Assembly (NCBI GenBank): GCA_042573485.1
Contig: JBHPCX010000002.1
Location: 26,984-90,983, forward strand
Length of the DNA: 64,000 nt
Origin: Thermodesulfobacteriota bacterium
GTDB taxonomy: Bacteria > Desulfobacterota > DSM-4660 > Desulfatiglandales > HGW-15
Reading direction: 5' to 3'
Below the pieces are notes generated by a model. It worked only from the letters and a program-made list of their open reading frames with translations. It was not told the DNA's origin and ran no database searches. This document shows positions 55,584 through 64,000 of the stretch, one piece after another; position 1 is the stretch's first letter, and each line of letters opens with the position of its first letter. Made by a program: the position numbers and the translations under genes.

Positions 55584-57947
55584 ATGGAATTCATGCAGCC
55601 GTTAACTTTATTCAAGAAAAAACTAAAGGAGGGAATACATAAAGCCTGGCAATTTTTAAAACCCGGACCGGAAGCATGGAAAGGGGCAGGATTGGGCCTG
55701 GTATGCACGCTTATCTTATTTATATTATATAGTTTTTACCCTGTCCTGACGGTTGCTTCTCCGAACTGGGTTGCTCCATTGACTGTTCTTTATTTCCTTG
55801 TTTGTACTATTCTGCTCGTCTTTCTTTTGCAATTGCTGCTTCATCTCCTTGCAGGATTGCCTGATCTATTTCAAACCATGTTGTTTGCTACAGTTATTTT
55901 TTTCGCTACAGCCTTTTCATCGGTTTTTACAGGAGCAGGGACAAATGCCATTATCGTCAGCGTGGTTATTGCATTTTCTATGGCAGGTGCCGGTGTGTGG
56001 GTGATAATTCGAGGAGAAATTAAGAAGCGAACCTTTGGCAATAAAGTACTTCTCACGATTACGACTCTAACAGGACTGGCCGGGATTGTCTTTATGCTTT
56101 CATGGTTCTTGATAGAAGGCTATTCGACGGAAGCACCCCCAAATGCTGCAGCTTTGAAAGGAACTCCTCTTGCATTGATTTCAAAAACAGATCCCTCCTT
56201 ACCAGGTCCATTGAAGGTAAAATACCTTGCCTATGGCAGTGGCACTGATAAACGGCGTGTAGAATATAGTTTAAAAGCTGATCTTATCAGCCGATCTGTT
56301 GACGGATCCAAATTTATAGAAGGGTGGGACGGCCCCGGAGGATGGGCGCGAACACGCTACTGGGGTTTTGATGTCAAAGAATTACCACTTCAGGCCAGGG
56401 TTTGGTATCCAGATGGTCCGGGACCATTTCCGCTGGTGTTAATTGTACATGGTAACCATTCAATGGAAGACTTTTCCGAACCTGGTTATGAATACATCGG
56501 GCAGCTTTTAGCAAGTAGGGGATTTATCTTGGCATCAATTGATGAGGACTTTTTGAATGGATCTATGTCAGATGCTTTCTTATCTCTGCCTGGTGGTAAA
56601 AGCGGACTCCGGGTGGAGAATGATGCACGGGCCTGGCTGCTTTTAGAGCATCTTAGACTATGGCGTGAATGGAGTGAAAAGACCGATAATCCTTTTTATG
56701 GGATAGTTGACTGGAATAACCTTGCCTTGATTGGCCATTCTCGAGGCGGAGAGGCTGCTGCCACCGCAGCGGCATTCAATCGATTGCCATTTTATCCAGA
56801 TAATGCCCTGGTTAAATTCAATTATGGATTCAATATACGTTCAGTTGTTGCTATCGCACCCTGCGATGGACAATATCAACCTGCATCATTACCCACTAAA
56901 CTGGAAAATTTAAACTACCTTGTCCTGCAGGGGTCACATGACATGGATGCTCAATCATTTTTAGGGGCGCGACAGTTTTCCAGGATATCTTTCTCAGGAG
57001 AAGAACATTTTTTCAAGTGTGCTCTATATATTTATGGTGCCAATCATGGCCAATTCAACAGCGTCTGGGGTCGGCATGACTATTCATCCCCGATTATTGA
57101 AATGATGAATGTTAAACCTGTTATGCCCTTTGAAGATCAGCAAAAAATTGGTAAGGTTTATATTTCTGCTTTCCTGGAAGCTACACTCCATGGGGTAAAA
57201 GGATATGAAAGGATCTTTCAGGATTATCGCAGTGCCAAAGAATGGCTGCCACCAACAATCTATCTCAGTCAATATGTAGATTCAGATACCCGGATGATCT
57301 GCACTTTTCAGGAAGATATTAATTTAACCAGTGCTGATCTACCGGATGTTCAGCTTAATGGTGAAAACCTGAAATTATGGTCTGAAAAGAAAGTCTCAAT
57401 GAAGTGGGGTACCAGGGACACCAACGCGGTTTACCTGGGCTGGGACAACAGCAAGGATCAGAAAAAGGCCTCTTACACAATCACTTTGCCGGAGACGGAA
57501 TTTAACTGTTCACCTGATTCCAGCCTGGTTTTTGCCATGGCTGATACAGGGCAAGATCCTCCTGAGGATGATTCTGAAAAGGACTCTGATAAGCCAGTCC
57601 AGGAATCCGAACCGGATAAAACGGAAAAACCTGAGCTGAAGTTTATTGATTGTTCTATTGTCGTTAAAGACCGGGCCGGTGTTTCGGCGGTTTTACCATT
57701 AACTCATTATTCAGGTCTTCAACCTGTAATCAAGGTACAGGTAGCAAAAGCGGCTTTCATGAATAAAAATAAGGATTCCGAAGTTGTTTTTCAGAGTTTT
57801 GAATTTCCCTTTTCTGATTTTGTAAAAGTCAATCCGGATTTTAATCCGGAGGAATTGCACCAGGTGGCTTTTGTTTTTGACAGGACCACTAAAGGAGTGG
57901 TAGTGCTGGATGACATTGGATTCCGGACTGAAAGGGGGCATCCTTAA
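55584..57947 (+). CDS. Polytopic membrane-anchored alpha/beta-hydrolase with an acidic linker and an unknown C-terminal domain
   Basis: 787 aa. About 6 N-terminal TM helices, PLVLIVHGNH, the nucleophile elbow GHSRGG, the linker DPPEDDSEKDSDKPVQESEPDKTEKPE, and a C-terminal domain of about 130 aa. RBS GAAGGAG. Confidence 0.55.
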   Translation: MEFMQPLTLFKKKLKEGIHKAWQFLKPGPEAWKGAGLGLVCTLILFILYSFYPVLTVASPNWVAPLTVLYFLVCTILLVFLLQLLLHLLAGLPDLFQTMLFATVIFFATAFSSVFTGAGTNAIIVSVVIAFSMAGAGVWVIIRGEIKKRTFGNKVLLTITTLTGLAGIVFMLSWFLIEGYSTEAPPNAAALKGTPLALISKTDPSLPGPLKVKYLAYGSGTDKRRVEYSLKADLISRSVDGSKFIEGWDGPGGWARTRYWGFDVKELPLQARVWYPDGPGPFPLVLIVHGNHSMEDFSEPGYEYIGQLLASRGFILASIDEDFLNGSMSDAFLSLPGGKSGLRVENDARAWLLLEHLRLWREWSEKTDNPFYGIVDWNNLALIGHSRGGEAAATAAAFNRLPFYPDNALVKFNYGFNIRSVVAIAPCDGQYQPASLPTKLENLNYLVLQGSHDMDAQSFLGARQFSRISFSGEEHFFKCALYIYGANHGQFNSVWGRHDYSSPIIEMMNVKPVMPFEDQQKIGKVYISAFLEATLHGVKGYERIFQDYRSAKEWLPPTIYLSQYVDSDTRMICTFQEDINLTSADLPDVQLNGENLKLWSEKKVSMKWGTRDTNAVYLGWDNSKDQKKASYTITLPETEFNCSPDSSLVFAMADTGQDPPEDDSEKDSDKPVQESEPDKTEKPELKFIDCSIVVKDRAGVSAVLPLTHYSGLQPVIKVQVAKAAFMNKNKDSEVVFQSFEFPFSDFVKVNPDFNPEELHQVAFVFDRTTKGVVVLDDIGFRTERGHP

Positions 57948-58090
57948 TTTGTCACCTTTCGAATAAAAAACAGGAAACTGACCTTATATTTAATAGTGTC
58001 TCTCTCTGGGTTGGTTGAAACCCTTCGCTCCAGTGACCAGGTAATGATAGCCGGGATCGGATAAGTAATGGAATAAATAAGAATCTTAAA

Positions 58091-58119
58091 AAATGGATTC
58101 CCGCCTGCGCGGGAATGAC
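58091..58119 (-). repeat. REP-like palindromic element, copy 8
   Basis: AAATGGATTCCCGCCTGCGCGGGAATGAC, identical to 11241-11269. Confidence 0.85.
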
Positions 58120-58180
58120 AGATTTGGAGAGTTCCGGTTTATATGCCACCATAAAGCAGGAAGCTGTCCTCATACTTAAC

Positions 58181-58227
58181 AGAAAAACTAAAGGCTGAAG
58201 TTATTAGACTTCAGCCTTTAGTTTTTG
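58181..58227. terminator. Bidirectional intrinsic terminator
   Basis: A perfect 14-bp stem, CTAAAGGCTGAAGT-tattag-ACTTCAGCCTTTAG, flanked by AAAAA on the left and TTTTT on the right. It sits between the convergent hydrolase gene and the AOR gene. Confidence 0.75.
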
Positions 58228-58246
58228 ATGTATATGTTTCTTGAAA

Positions 58247-60322
58247 TCAGGTTCCCAGCTTCCCCTTGCCGGCCATTACACTGGCGACCTTATTCATTCC
58301 CAGTCCCTCCAGGGTTTTTCTGGTAGGCCAGCCCCGATCAATACTCCAGCCTTCAAGCCTGTAGAAGTGAGTCTTGAATTCCTCTACACCATCCCTATCA
58401 AGATACAGGTCATTCTGGTCTTCAAAAATCCACTTTCCATCCCTGTAAACAGGTTTGTTTCCTCCTATGGGAAAGGTTGCTCCCGGCATATACATGAAGG
58501 GGGCAAATTTTTCCTGGTCCCGATGCCTGCCCGCCATTACCCGGATGGCACGCTCCATGTTCCAGATTTTCCTGCCGGTTTCTATAGTGTCTGCCAGGCT
58601 GTTTTTACTGCCTGTCACAGCCTTGTAGTACCGGTATTCCAGTTCCGGACTGGGACCGGCAAGTCCCTGGGGAGCCCTGCCAATAAAGCTTGGAAGGAGC
58701 ATTTCACAAATGGACATGGATTCGTTGTAAAATCCCGCGTAACGCCTGGCCCAGGCCAGCATTTTTGCCTTATGGGGAGAGTATATCCCGGTTTTCCTTG
58801 CCTCTTCACCCTTCCAGGAATTACTGAACATGATCGGATCATCATCAAATGGTACAGCTTTTTTTGCCAGCGTTTCTACCAGCTCTTCAGCCGTGTAGGA
58901 TGGAGGGCCTCCGAATCCTCCGCCGCCGGATATACCGAAAAATCCGTGCCACATGGGATCACCGGACATGAATATATAACTATAGGCCCAGTCGACACCG
59001 GGAAGGCAGTGATGCCAGCTTGCGCCCCAGGCAGGAAGCCGCAATGTGCCGGCGTTCATGTCTTCTTCCAGCCGTCCCCATTTTTTGACAGCTTCCAGAA
59101 ATCCTTCCGCCAGATCAGCTCCGATTCCTATTCTCCGGGAGATGGCATCACAGAAGATTTCACGGAATTTTAACGTGTCCCATTGATCCATAGGCAAGGG
59201 ATAGGAATCGATTTTTTTACCCGGGCCCAGTTCACCTATTTCATAGAGGTATTTGATATACCAGCCCATACCGGGTTCCATGGGCACCATTCCCTTAAAG
59301 GCTGCAGGGGCATTTTGAACTGGCAGTGTTATAGCGCCGCCGAATTTTGTCGCCCATGTGCAAATCCCCCATTTCATAGCGATATCTGCTCCCCGCATCA
59401 GCGCTCCCTGATCACCTCCCCCCATCTGGCCAGTCTGCTGTTTTCCCATATACCAGTATTCGTCAGCGCACATGGATTCACCACCGTAATATGAATTCCG
59501 TTTCCTGTCGTTGTTAATGCAGGGCATACACGCGGAAGTCCCGGGTTGAGCGTTCATGATTCGCGGATGGTTCCTTGTATGCCAGAGCCGGGTATCCACA
59601 ACTCCTGCAGGGTCAGCGACCTCAATACCTCCGGTACCGATAACACTTACAGCCTTCAGATTTTTCGATCCGAAAACTCCTCCGAATCCTCCTGTCCGGG
59701 CACTTACTCCACTGCCGTGTATCAGGGCGGCTACCCTTGTCATGGATTCCCCGACAGGGCCGATGCAGACGATTTGCGGGAGTGCTGTGGTATAGTCCTT
59801 ATCTATCTCCTGCCATTGCTGCCCGAACCTTGTTCGTCCAACCACGGCGGATGTTATTTCGTCCTGTGTTTCGTAAGTATCCATTCCCCACAAACGGTTA
59901 CCGTCTTCAAATGTGACTTTATCATTAATTATGTTTATCCAGACCGGGCTGTCCGCTCTGCCCTGGATTGCGATCCCGTCCCATCCCGCAAGCTTCAGCA
60001 TTGTAGCAAACCTGCCTCCGAAACTCGTTCGATGAAACAGGGGAGTAGGAAAGGTCTCCGGAGCTATACCGCAGACACTGGTCCTTCCGCCGCCAGGTAC
60101 ACCTGTAGCTGCAAGAGGGCCCGACATCAATGAAATTATATTTTGAGGGTCAAAGGGGTCCTGCAAATCCCAGTCTCCCGGGACAACGGCCATGTCCCAG
60201 AACATGGCGGCGCCCATCCCTACACCTCCTCCAAACTCTTCATATTTTGCCGTCTCAATAATATTTATTTCTTTTGTTGTCAGATTGATCTTCAGAATTT
60301 TCCCTGCATATCCATTTGCCAT
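58247..60322 (-). CDS. Aldehyde:ferredoxin-oxidoreductase (AOR) family tungsto/molybdo-pterin enzyme, YdhV-like
   Basis: 691 aa. N-terminus GYAGKILKINLTTKEI and the overall AOR family pattern. No signal peptide. The start lies 2 nt after the stop of the Tat-signal Fe-S gene. RBS GGGAGGGG. Confidence 0.7.
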   Translation of the reverse strand: MANGYAGKILKINLTTKEINIIETAKYEEFGGGVGMGAAMFWDMAVVPGDWDLQDPFDPQNIISLMSGPLAATGVPGGGRTSVCGIAPETFPTPLFHRTSFGGRFATMLKLAGWDGIAIQGRADSPVWINIINDKVTFEDGNRLWGMDTYETQDEITSAVVGRTRFGQQWQEIDKDYTTALPQIVCIGPVGESMTRVAALIHGSGVSARTGGFGGVFGSKNLKAVSVIGTGGIEVADPAGVVDTRLWHTRNHPRIMNAQPGTSACMPCINNDRKRNSYYGGESMCADEYWYMGKQQTGQMGGGDQGALMRGADIAMKWGICTWATKFGGAITLPVQNAPAAFKGMVPMEPGMGWYIKYLYEIGELGPGKKIDSYPLPMDQWDTLKFREIFCDAISRRIGIGADLAEGFLEAVKKWGRLEEDMNAGTLRLPAWGASWHHCLPGVDWAYSYIFMSGDPMWHGFFGISGGGGFGGPPSYTAEELVETLAKKAVPFDDDPIMFSNSWKGEEARKTGIYSPHKAKMLAWARRYAGFYNESMSICEMLLPSFIGRAPQGLAGPSPELEYRYYKAVTGSKNSLADTIETGRKIWNMERAIRVMAGRHRDQEKFAPFMYMPGATFPIGGNKPVYRDGKWIFEDQNDLYLDRDGVEEFKTHFYRLEGWSIDRGWPTRKTLEGLGMNKVASVMAGKGKLGT

Positions 60323-60324
60323 TT

Positions 60325-61068
60325 TTATTCCCCTCCCTTCTTTGCCGCCGGCTTGGGAGCCATTTTAGGAAATCCCATTCCCTGGGATTTGCCGGGAGGT
60401 GGCGCAAGATTGACGTCGTAATAGTCAATATCCCGCTGGCGCGGTGCCTTATTGACGAGTTTTAGCGCATTGACAGGGCAGGTTTCGACACAGGCCTGTT
60501 TCCCCTCAAAACCTCCCTTTTCATTCCAGTATGGCGCACCCTCGCAAAGATCGCATTTGGTCGATTTTCTTGTTATAGAATTCCATATTGTCCTGTGGGG
60601 TTTATGGGGACAGGACTGGATGCATTGTTTACACCCGATGCATTTGGACTGATCAATCCGTCGAATATTACCGTTGGCCTCGTCAACATGACACGCGCCT
60701 GTAGGGCAGTTCTGTACACATAGAGGTGAAACGCATTGCCTGCATACCGACATTACAACGTCATGGGGATACCTGGTGAAGGAAGGCGCGTCCCGGATGA
60801 TTTGAATCCTCGAGAGGGAGGGATTTGCTATACCCTCGTGAGTCATGGAACAGGCGAACATACAGCTCTGACAGCCAAGGCAAAGCCTGCTGTCATAAAC
60901 AAGATAACCTTTAGACCTTGAATAGGATGTTTTTTTGGAAGCAGCCCCGGCAGTGCCTGGAACACCTGCTGCCAGAGCCCCTGAGGCAATGGCAGCCCCG
61001 CTGCCAACGAGAAACTCACGACGGTTTATCTTTTTTTTCTTGTCTCCGGGTTTTTCAGGTTCAGCCAT
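60325..61068 (-). CDS. Tat-signal 4x[4Fe-4S] ferredoxin-type subunit (YdhX / DmsB / HybA-like)
   Basis: 247 aa. Twin-arginine motif NRREFLVGSGAAIASGALAAGVPGTAGA. Cys clusters CLGCQSCMFAC, CRQCVSPLCVQNCP, CIGCKQCIQSCP and CDLC..CVETCP. Confidence 0.75.
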   Translation of the reverse strand: MAEPEKPGDKKKKINRREFLVGSGAAIASGALAAGVPGTAGAASKKTSYSRSKGYLVYDSRLCLGCQSCMFACSMTHEGIANPSLSRIQIIRDAPSFTRYPHDVVMSVCRQCVSPLCVQNCPTGACHVDEANGNIRRIDQSKCIGCKQCIQSCPHKPHRTIWNSITRKSTKCDLCEGAPYWNEKGGFEGKQACVETCPVNALKLVNKAPRQRDIDYYDVNLAPPPGKSQGMGFPKMAPKPAAKKGGE

Positions 61069-61147
61069 AGGGCATTCTCCTTGTAGCTAATTTTAATCGC
61101 AGACTTATATGTACATTTAAAATTTTACGGTGTAATATAAATTTCTA

Positions 61148-64000
61148 TTACTTTGCTGCGAGACAGGTGACATCACCGTTCATCGTTGTCAGATACAGTC
61201 TGCTGTCAGCCGCAATCATACCGTCCCAGACAGGCAGAGAATCCAGCTTATATTCTGAAAGCTTTTTTCCGTTTTCAGTGGATACTGCCCAGATTCGGGC
61301 ACCGTCTTTCCCTTTCAGGAGTTCGCTCTGCTCTGCAAGCTTTTTCAGGACGTCCGCATCATCCATTGCGAAAAATGCATCTTCTTCATCCACAATATCC
61401 GGGGGGCCGGCAATAAAGAGCGTTTTATCAGCAATTACCATGGCCCGAACCTGAATGTCCGGTTTATCCATTTGCCACTTGAAGTCCACAGCAGTTTGAT
61501 CAGCCATTGGAATACCCTGACGAAGTTTCCAGTCTCCAGTGGCCCTAAAACTTACAGGCATATTAGCCATCATCCCGCCGGTTTTTGGTTTGGGTCCCGG
61601 TTTTGCAACAGGTGTTTTACTAAGTGCCGTCTTTGCTATTGGAAATTTAGGTTTTGCCTTTGGCGCACCGAACATGGGCTGGTTTACTCTCTCTATATCC
61701 TCCGGGCGGCTTGATTTTGATGCTGCATAGAGCTGGTATTCCAGCACGATCGATTCGCTCAGAAATTCAGGTTTGCGCGCGAACCCGTAAACGTTCTTAT
61801 CATCAACCGCAATCAGCCTTCCTGAGGGGGTGAGTCGACCCATGACTTCCCAGGCACCCCATCCGCTGGTAACACTTTTTCCGAACATCATATAAGAACG
61901 GGAAAATTGTGAATCATCCAGAAATCCGATAGGGGAGAATACATGCGCGCCTTCTCCGATCTGATCGCCTACGTTTCGCACGCCGATATGTTTTCTGTTC
62001 CCATCAAGATCGAATTGCTGGGAACGCATATATAAATACTTCCCGTCACTGGAGAGAATATCGGATAAACCGACAGGCATATTCAAACCCTGGACATACT
62101 CATGCAGGTTCTCACCTGTTTGGGGATCGATTTCGTTAAGGATATTTTCAGAAAGCATCTCTCCTGTTGCCGGATCCAATTGAAGCATACGCAGACCACC
62201 GTCCATGAACATGGATCTTCCGGCTACACAGTAGATTCTATCATTCTGGACAAGAATGCTTCCGTGTACCGGCCATACTGATTCCAGCTGCTCGTACGCA
62301 ACCATACGCAGATTCATTGGTGCTGCGCGAAAGCGCCATATAAGAGCTCCGTCTTCTGAATTAAGACAGTAAACATATCCGTCAGCCGAACCCAGCAGGA
62401 CGCGTCCCATGTAAATTGTTGGGGGTGAGTCGATTCTTCCTCCAACTGTATAATTCCAGAGAACTTTTCCATTAGTTGCATTCATAGCGTATAGTGTGTG
62501 TGCATCCACATTTGCTACATACATCCTGTTGTTTGCAACAACAGGACTGCTCAATTTACCACCAAGCGTTACTTTCCACTGGAATTTGACCATCGATGGG
62601 ACATTTGTTCCGGTATAGGCGCTGCGTTTTGTATCATGCCTGTAGGTGGGCCAGTCTTCATCACCTGATATTTCAGTAATTTTTTTATTATAGGCCGGTC
62701 CTTTTTCAAGCCTGTTTGCAGAAGCAGCAACAGTATCAAGGCTGGAATTGTGATCAGAACCCAGGGCACCGAACCCGTTCAGTTTTGCTTCCAGGTAACA
62801 GGCACATGCGTGGGGTGGAGTATAAATCAATCCGTTACTGGGCATAATGCCGTAAGCACATCCACCCCTGGTATAATGGTTTATATCCCAGTCTTTCTTT
62901 TCAAGGTCAACAAATTCAATGCCTGTTCGGGAAGGTAGAATGTATTTTTTAGTCGCCTTGCTGATATAGCACCTCTGGTGAAACCAGTATTTTGCCTTAA
63001 AACCTGGTATTTCTTCAACTACTTTTCCGGTATGAAGATCCCGTCCGGTGTATTTCCCGTCATCCTGGACGTTTGCGGTTCGTCCGGTCCATACGACTCC
63101 ATCTATCACAAAGATATCTTCGGGAGAATAATGCCCGGAACCGGGTTGCGGTGCATCCCACATTTTTTTTCCGTTCCCAGCAGAAAGGGCGATTACCATT
63201 CCAGGCTGGCCAAACCCTTTTGCTCCAATAGAAAAAAGAAGGACATCGTCATAGGCCACTATTCTGGGTGCGTATGATGTATCGATCTTTTTTGTCTGAA
63301 TCGACTCGGACTGCCATTTTGTCTTTCCATTTCTCCTGTCCATACAGATGATTTTATCCCCGTCATAAAAGTAAACGGATTTTGAATTGGCAGTAAGAGA
63401 AAGAGGGGCGACAGGAGATTCCGTTTCCCATAGGGAATTCCCGTTTGAAACATTGATGGCCCTGATCTGACCGGGCTTTTTACCCCACCCCCATTCCGAT
63501 CTAGCCCAGTCTGCATTGCTCCAGACATATGTTTCTTTTGGAGTATATTTTTTGTCTGTCTTCTCCGGGCGTCCGATGAGAATAAAGAGGGTGTTATCTG
63601 AAAAAATAATCTCTGAAGTTTTATCGGTATCCTGGAAAGTCCGTATAATCTCGCCGGTTGCGGCATCCAGTTCGCTTAATGGGGCGTTGATACCGAGGGT
63701 GACATAAACTCGATCTCCAATGGCCACCAGTCGTCTGGGCAGGTAAGCCGGTCCGCTCTTCAGGCTGAATAAGTGGCTGAACCATTCCTTAATCGGTTTT
63801 TTCCAGAGGATGGTTCCATTGTATGCGTCACGTGCTACAAGATAATTCTCGGGCGGCAACTGGATTGATTCCGTCGGTCCTTCATCCATGATGTAGAAAA
63901 TCCGGCCATTAGCGGAAACAAGCGCGGACATACTTGCCGTGGTGTCATGGTGCCGTCCCCACCTTGGGCTGCCTATCCACTGATAATTACGAACAGGCCC
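61148..64000 (-). CDS. Very large PQQ-like / BamB-like beta-propeller repeat protein (N-terminus beyond right edge)
   Basis: More than 950 aa. The reading frame stays open upstream of the track Met to position 64000 (...GPVRNYQWIGSPRWGRHHDTTAS-MSALV). It has repeated A.D..TG..LW blades (DAYNGTILW, NVSNGNSLW, DRRNGKTKW, NATNGKVLW, NSEDGALIW). Confidence 0.65.
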   Translation of the reverse strand, partial: GPVRNYQWIGSPRWGRHHDTTASMSALVSANGRIFYIMDEGPTESIQLPPENYLVARDAYNGTILWKKPIKEWFSHLFSLKSGPAYLPRRLVAIGDRVYVTLGINAPLSELDAATGEIIRTFQDTDKTSEIIFSDNTLFILIGRPEKTDKKYTPKETYVWSNADWARSEWGWGKKPGQIRAINVSNGNSLWETESPVAPLSLTANSKSVYFYDGDKIICMDRRNGKTKWQSESIQTKKIDTSYAPRIVAYDDVLLFSIGAKGFGQPGMVIALSAGNGKKMWDAPQPGSGHYSPEDIFVIDGVVWTGRTANVQDDGKYTGRDLHTGKVVEEIPGFKAKYWFHQRCYISKATKKYILPSRTGIEFVDLEKKDWDINHYTRGGCAYGIMPSNGLIYTPPHACACYLEAKLNGFGALGSDHNSSLDTVAASANRLEKGPAYNKKITEISGDEDWPTYRHDTKRSAYTGTNVPSMVKFQWKVTLGGKLSSPVVANNRMYVANVDAHTLYAMNATNGKVLWNYTVGGRIDSPPTIYMGRVLLGSADGYVYCLNSEDGALIWRFRAAPMNLRMVAYEQLESVWPVHGSILVQNDRIYCVAGRSMFMDGGLRMLQLDPATGEMLSENILNEIDPQTGENLHEYVQGLNMPVGLSDILSSDGKYLYMRSQQFDLDGNRKHIGVRNVGDQIGEGAHVFSPIGFLDDSQFSRSYMMFGKSVTSGWGAWEVMGRLTPSGRLIAVDDKNVYGFARKPEFLSESIVLEYQLYAASKSSRPEDIERVNQPMFGAPKAKPKFPIAKTALSKTPVAKPGPKPKTGGMMANMPVSFRATGDWKLRQGIPMADQTAVDFKWQMDKPDIQVRAMVIADKTLFIAGPPDIVDEEDAFFAMDDADVLKKLAEQSELLKGKDGARIWAVSTENGKKLSEYKLDSLPVWDGMIAADSRLYLTTMNGDVTCLAAK

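Noticed and set aside
57952-58173. 73-aa minus-strand ORF containing VIPAQAGIH
   Set aside because: It spans REP-like copy 8, and the peptide is the translated palindrome. The same is true of 10462-10803 (IPACTGMTS).
58241-59173. 310-aa plus-strand ORF
   Set aside because: It is antisense to the AOR-family gene. It starts inside the terminator-flanked region and has a Pro/Gly/Ser-rich shadow composition.

Overview
This is a 64-kb chromosomal window from an anaerobe. Gene content suggests a Desulfobacterota-like (deltaproteobacterial) genome: an Mvh-type NiFe hydrogenase, two 2-oxoacid:ferredoxin oxidoreductases, an AOR-family enzyme and several sigma-54 promoters. That assignment is inference only. 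I support about 50 protein genes. I found no rRNA, tRNA, CRISPR array, transposase or integrase.

Left third (1-23 kb):
- Amino-acid catabolism genes: PutA, a TIGR00300 ornithine-cyclodeaminase-like protein, carbamate kinase and a COG2403 P-loop protein.
- A class-III aminotransferase, an ALDH7-type aminoadipate-semialdehyde dehydrogenase and a two-gene 2-oxoacid:ferredoxin oxidoreductase.
- A long minus-strand operon encoding an LDH/MDH-like dehydrogenase, an OYE-type enoate/dienoyl-CoA reductase, an acyl-CoA ligase and a four-subunit 2-oxoacid:ferredoxin oxidoreductase.

Middle (25.4-32.8 kb), my top candidate for an undescribed system:
- A 960-bp AT-rich gap ends in a textbook sigma-54 promoter that drives an orphan six-gene operon.
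- The operon encodes an exported protein with an extremely acidic repeat tail, a small cytoplasmic paralog of its core, a threonine-synthase-like PLP enzyme, a DUF1611 (DgcN-like) protein, a PP-loop ATPase::creatininase-family fusion and an enolase-superfamily epimerase.

After that (33-43 kb): hypE, hypD, hypF, hypC, a maturation protease and an Mvh-type NiFe hydrogenase. The hydrogenase is partnered with a GltD-like flavoprotein rather than HdrA.

Right third (44-64 kb):
- A chaperone module (small paralog, GNAT, groES, groEL, and a divergent hsp20). It appears to be under sigma-54 control through an NtrC-type activator with a degenerate receiver domain.
- Housekeeping membrane genes (MgtE, YitT and others).
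- A YdhV/YdhX-like Tat-exported AOR pair behind a giant PQQ-repeat beta-propeller protein that runs off the right edge.

Non-coding structure includes eight copies of a roughly 29-bp REP-like palindrome, a 21-bp tandem repeat, helically phased TGTGAC direct repeats and orphan hairpin terminators.

All family names come from reading motifs by eye. No database search was run.
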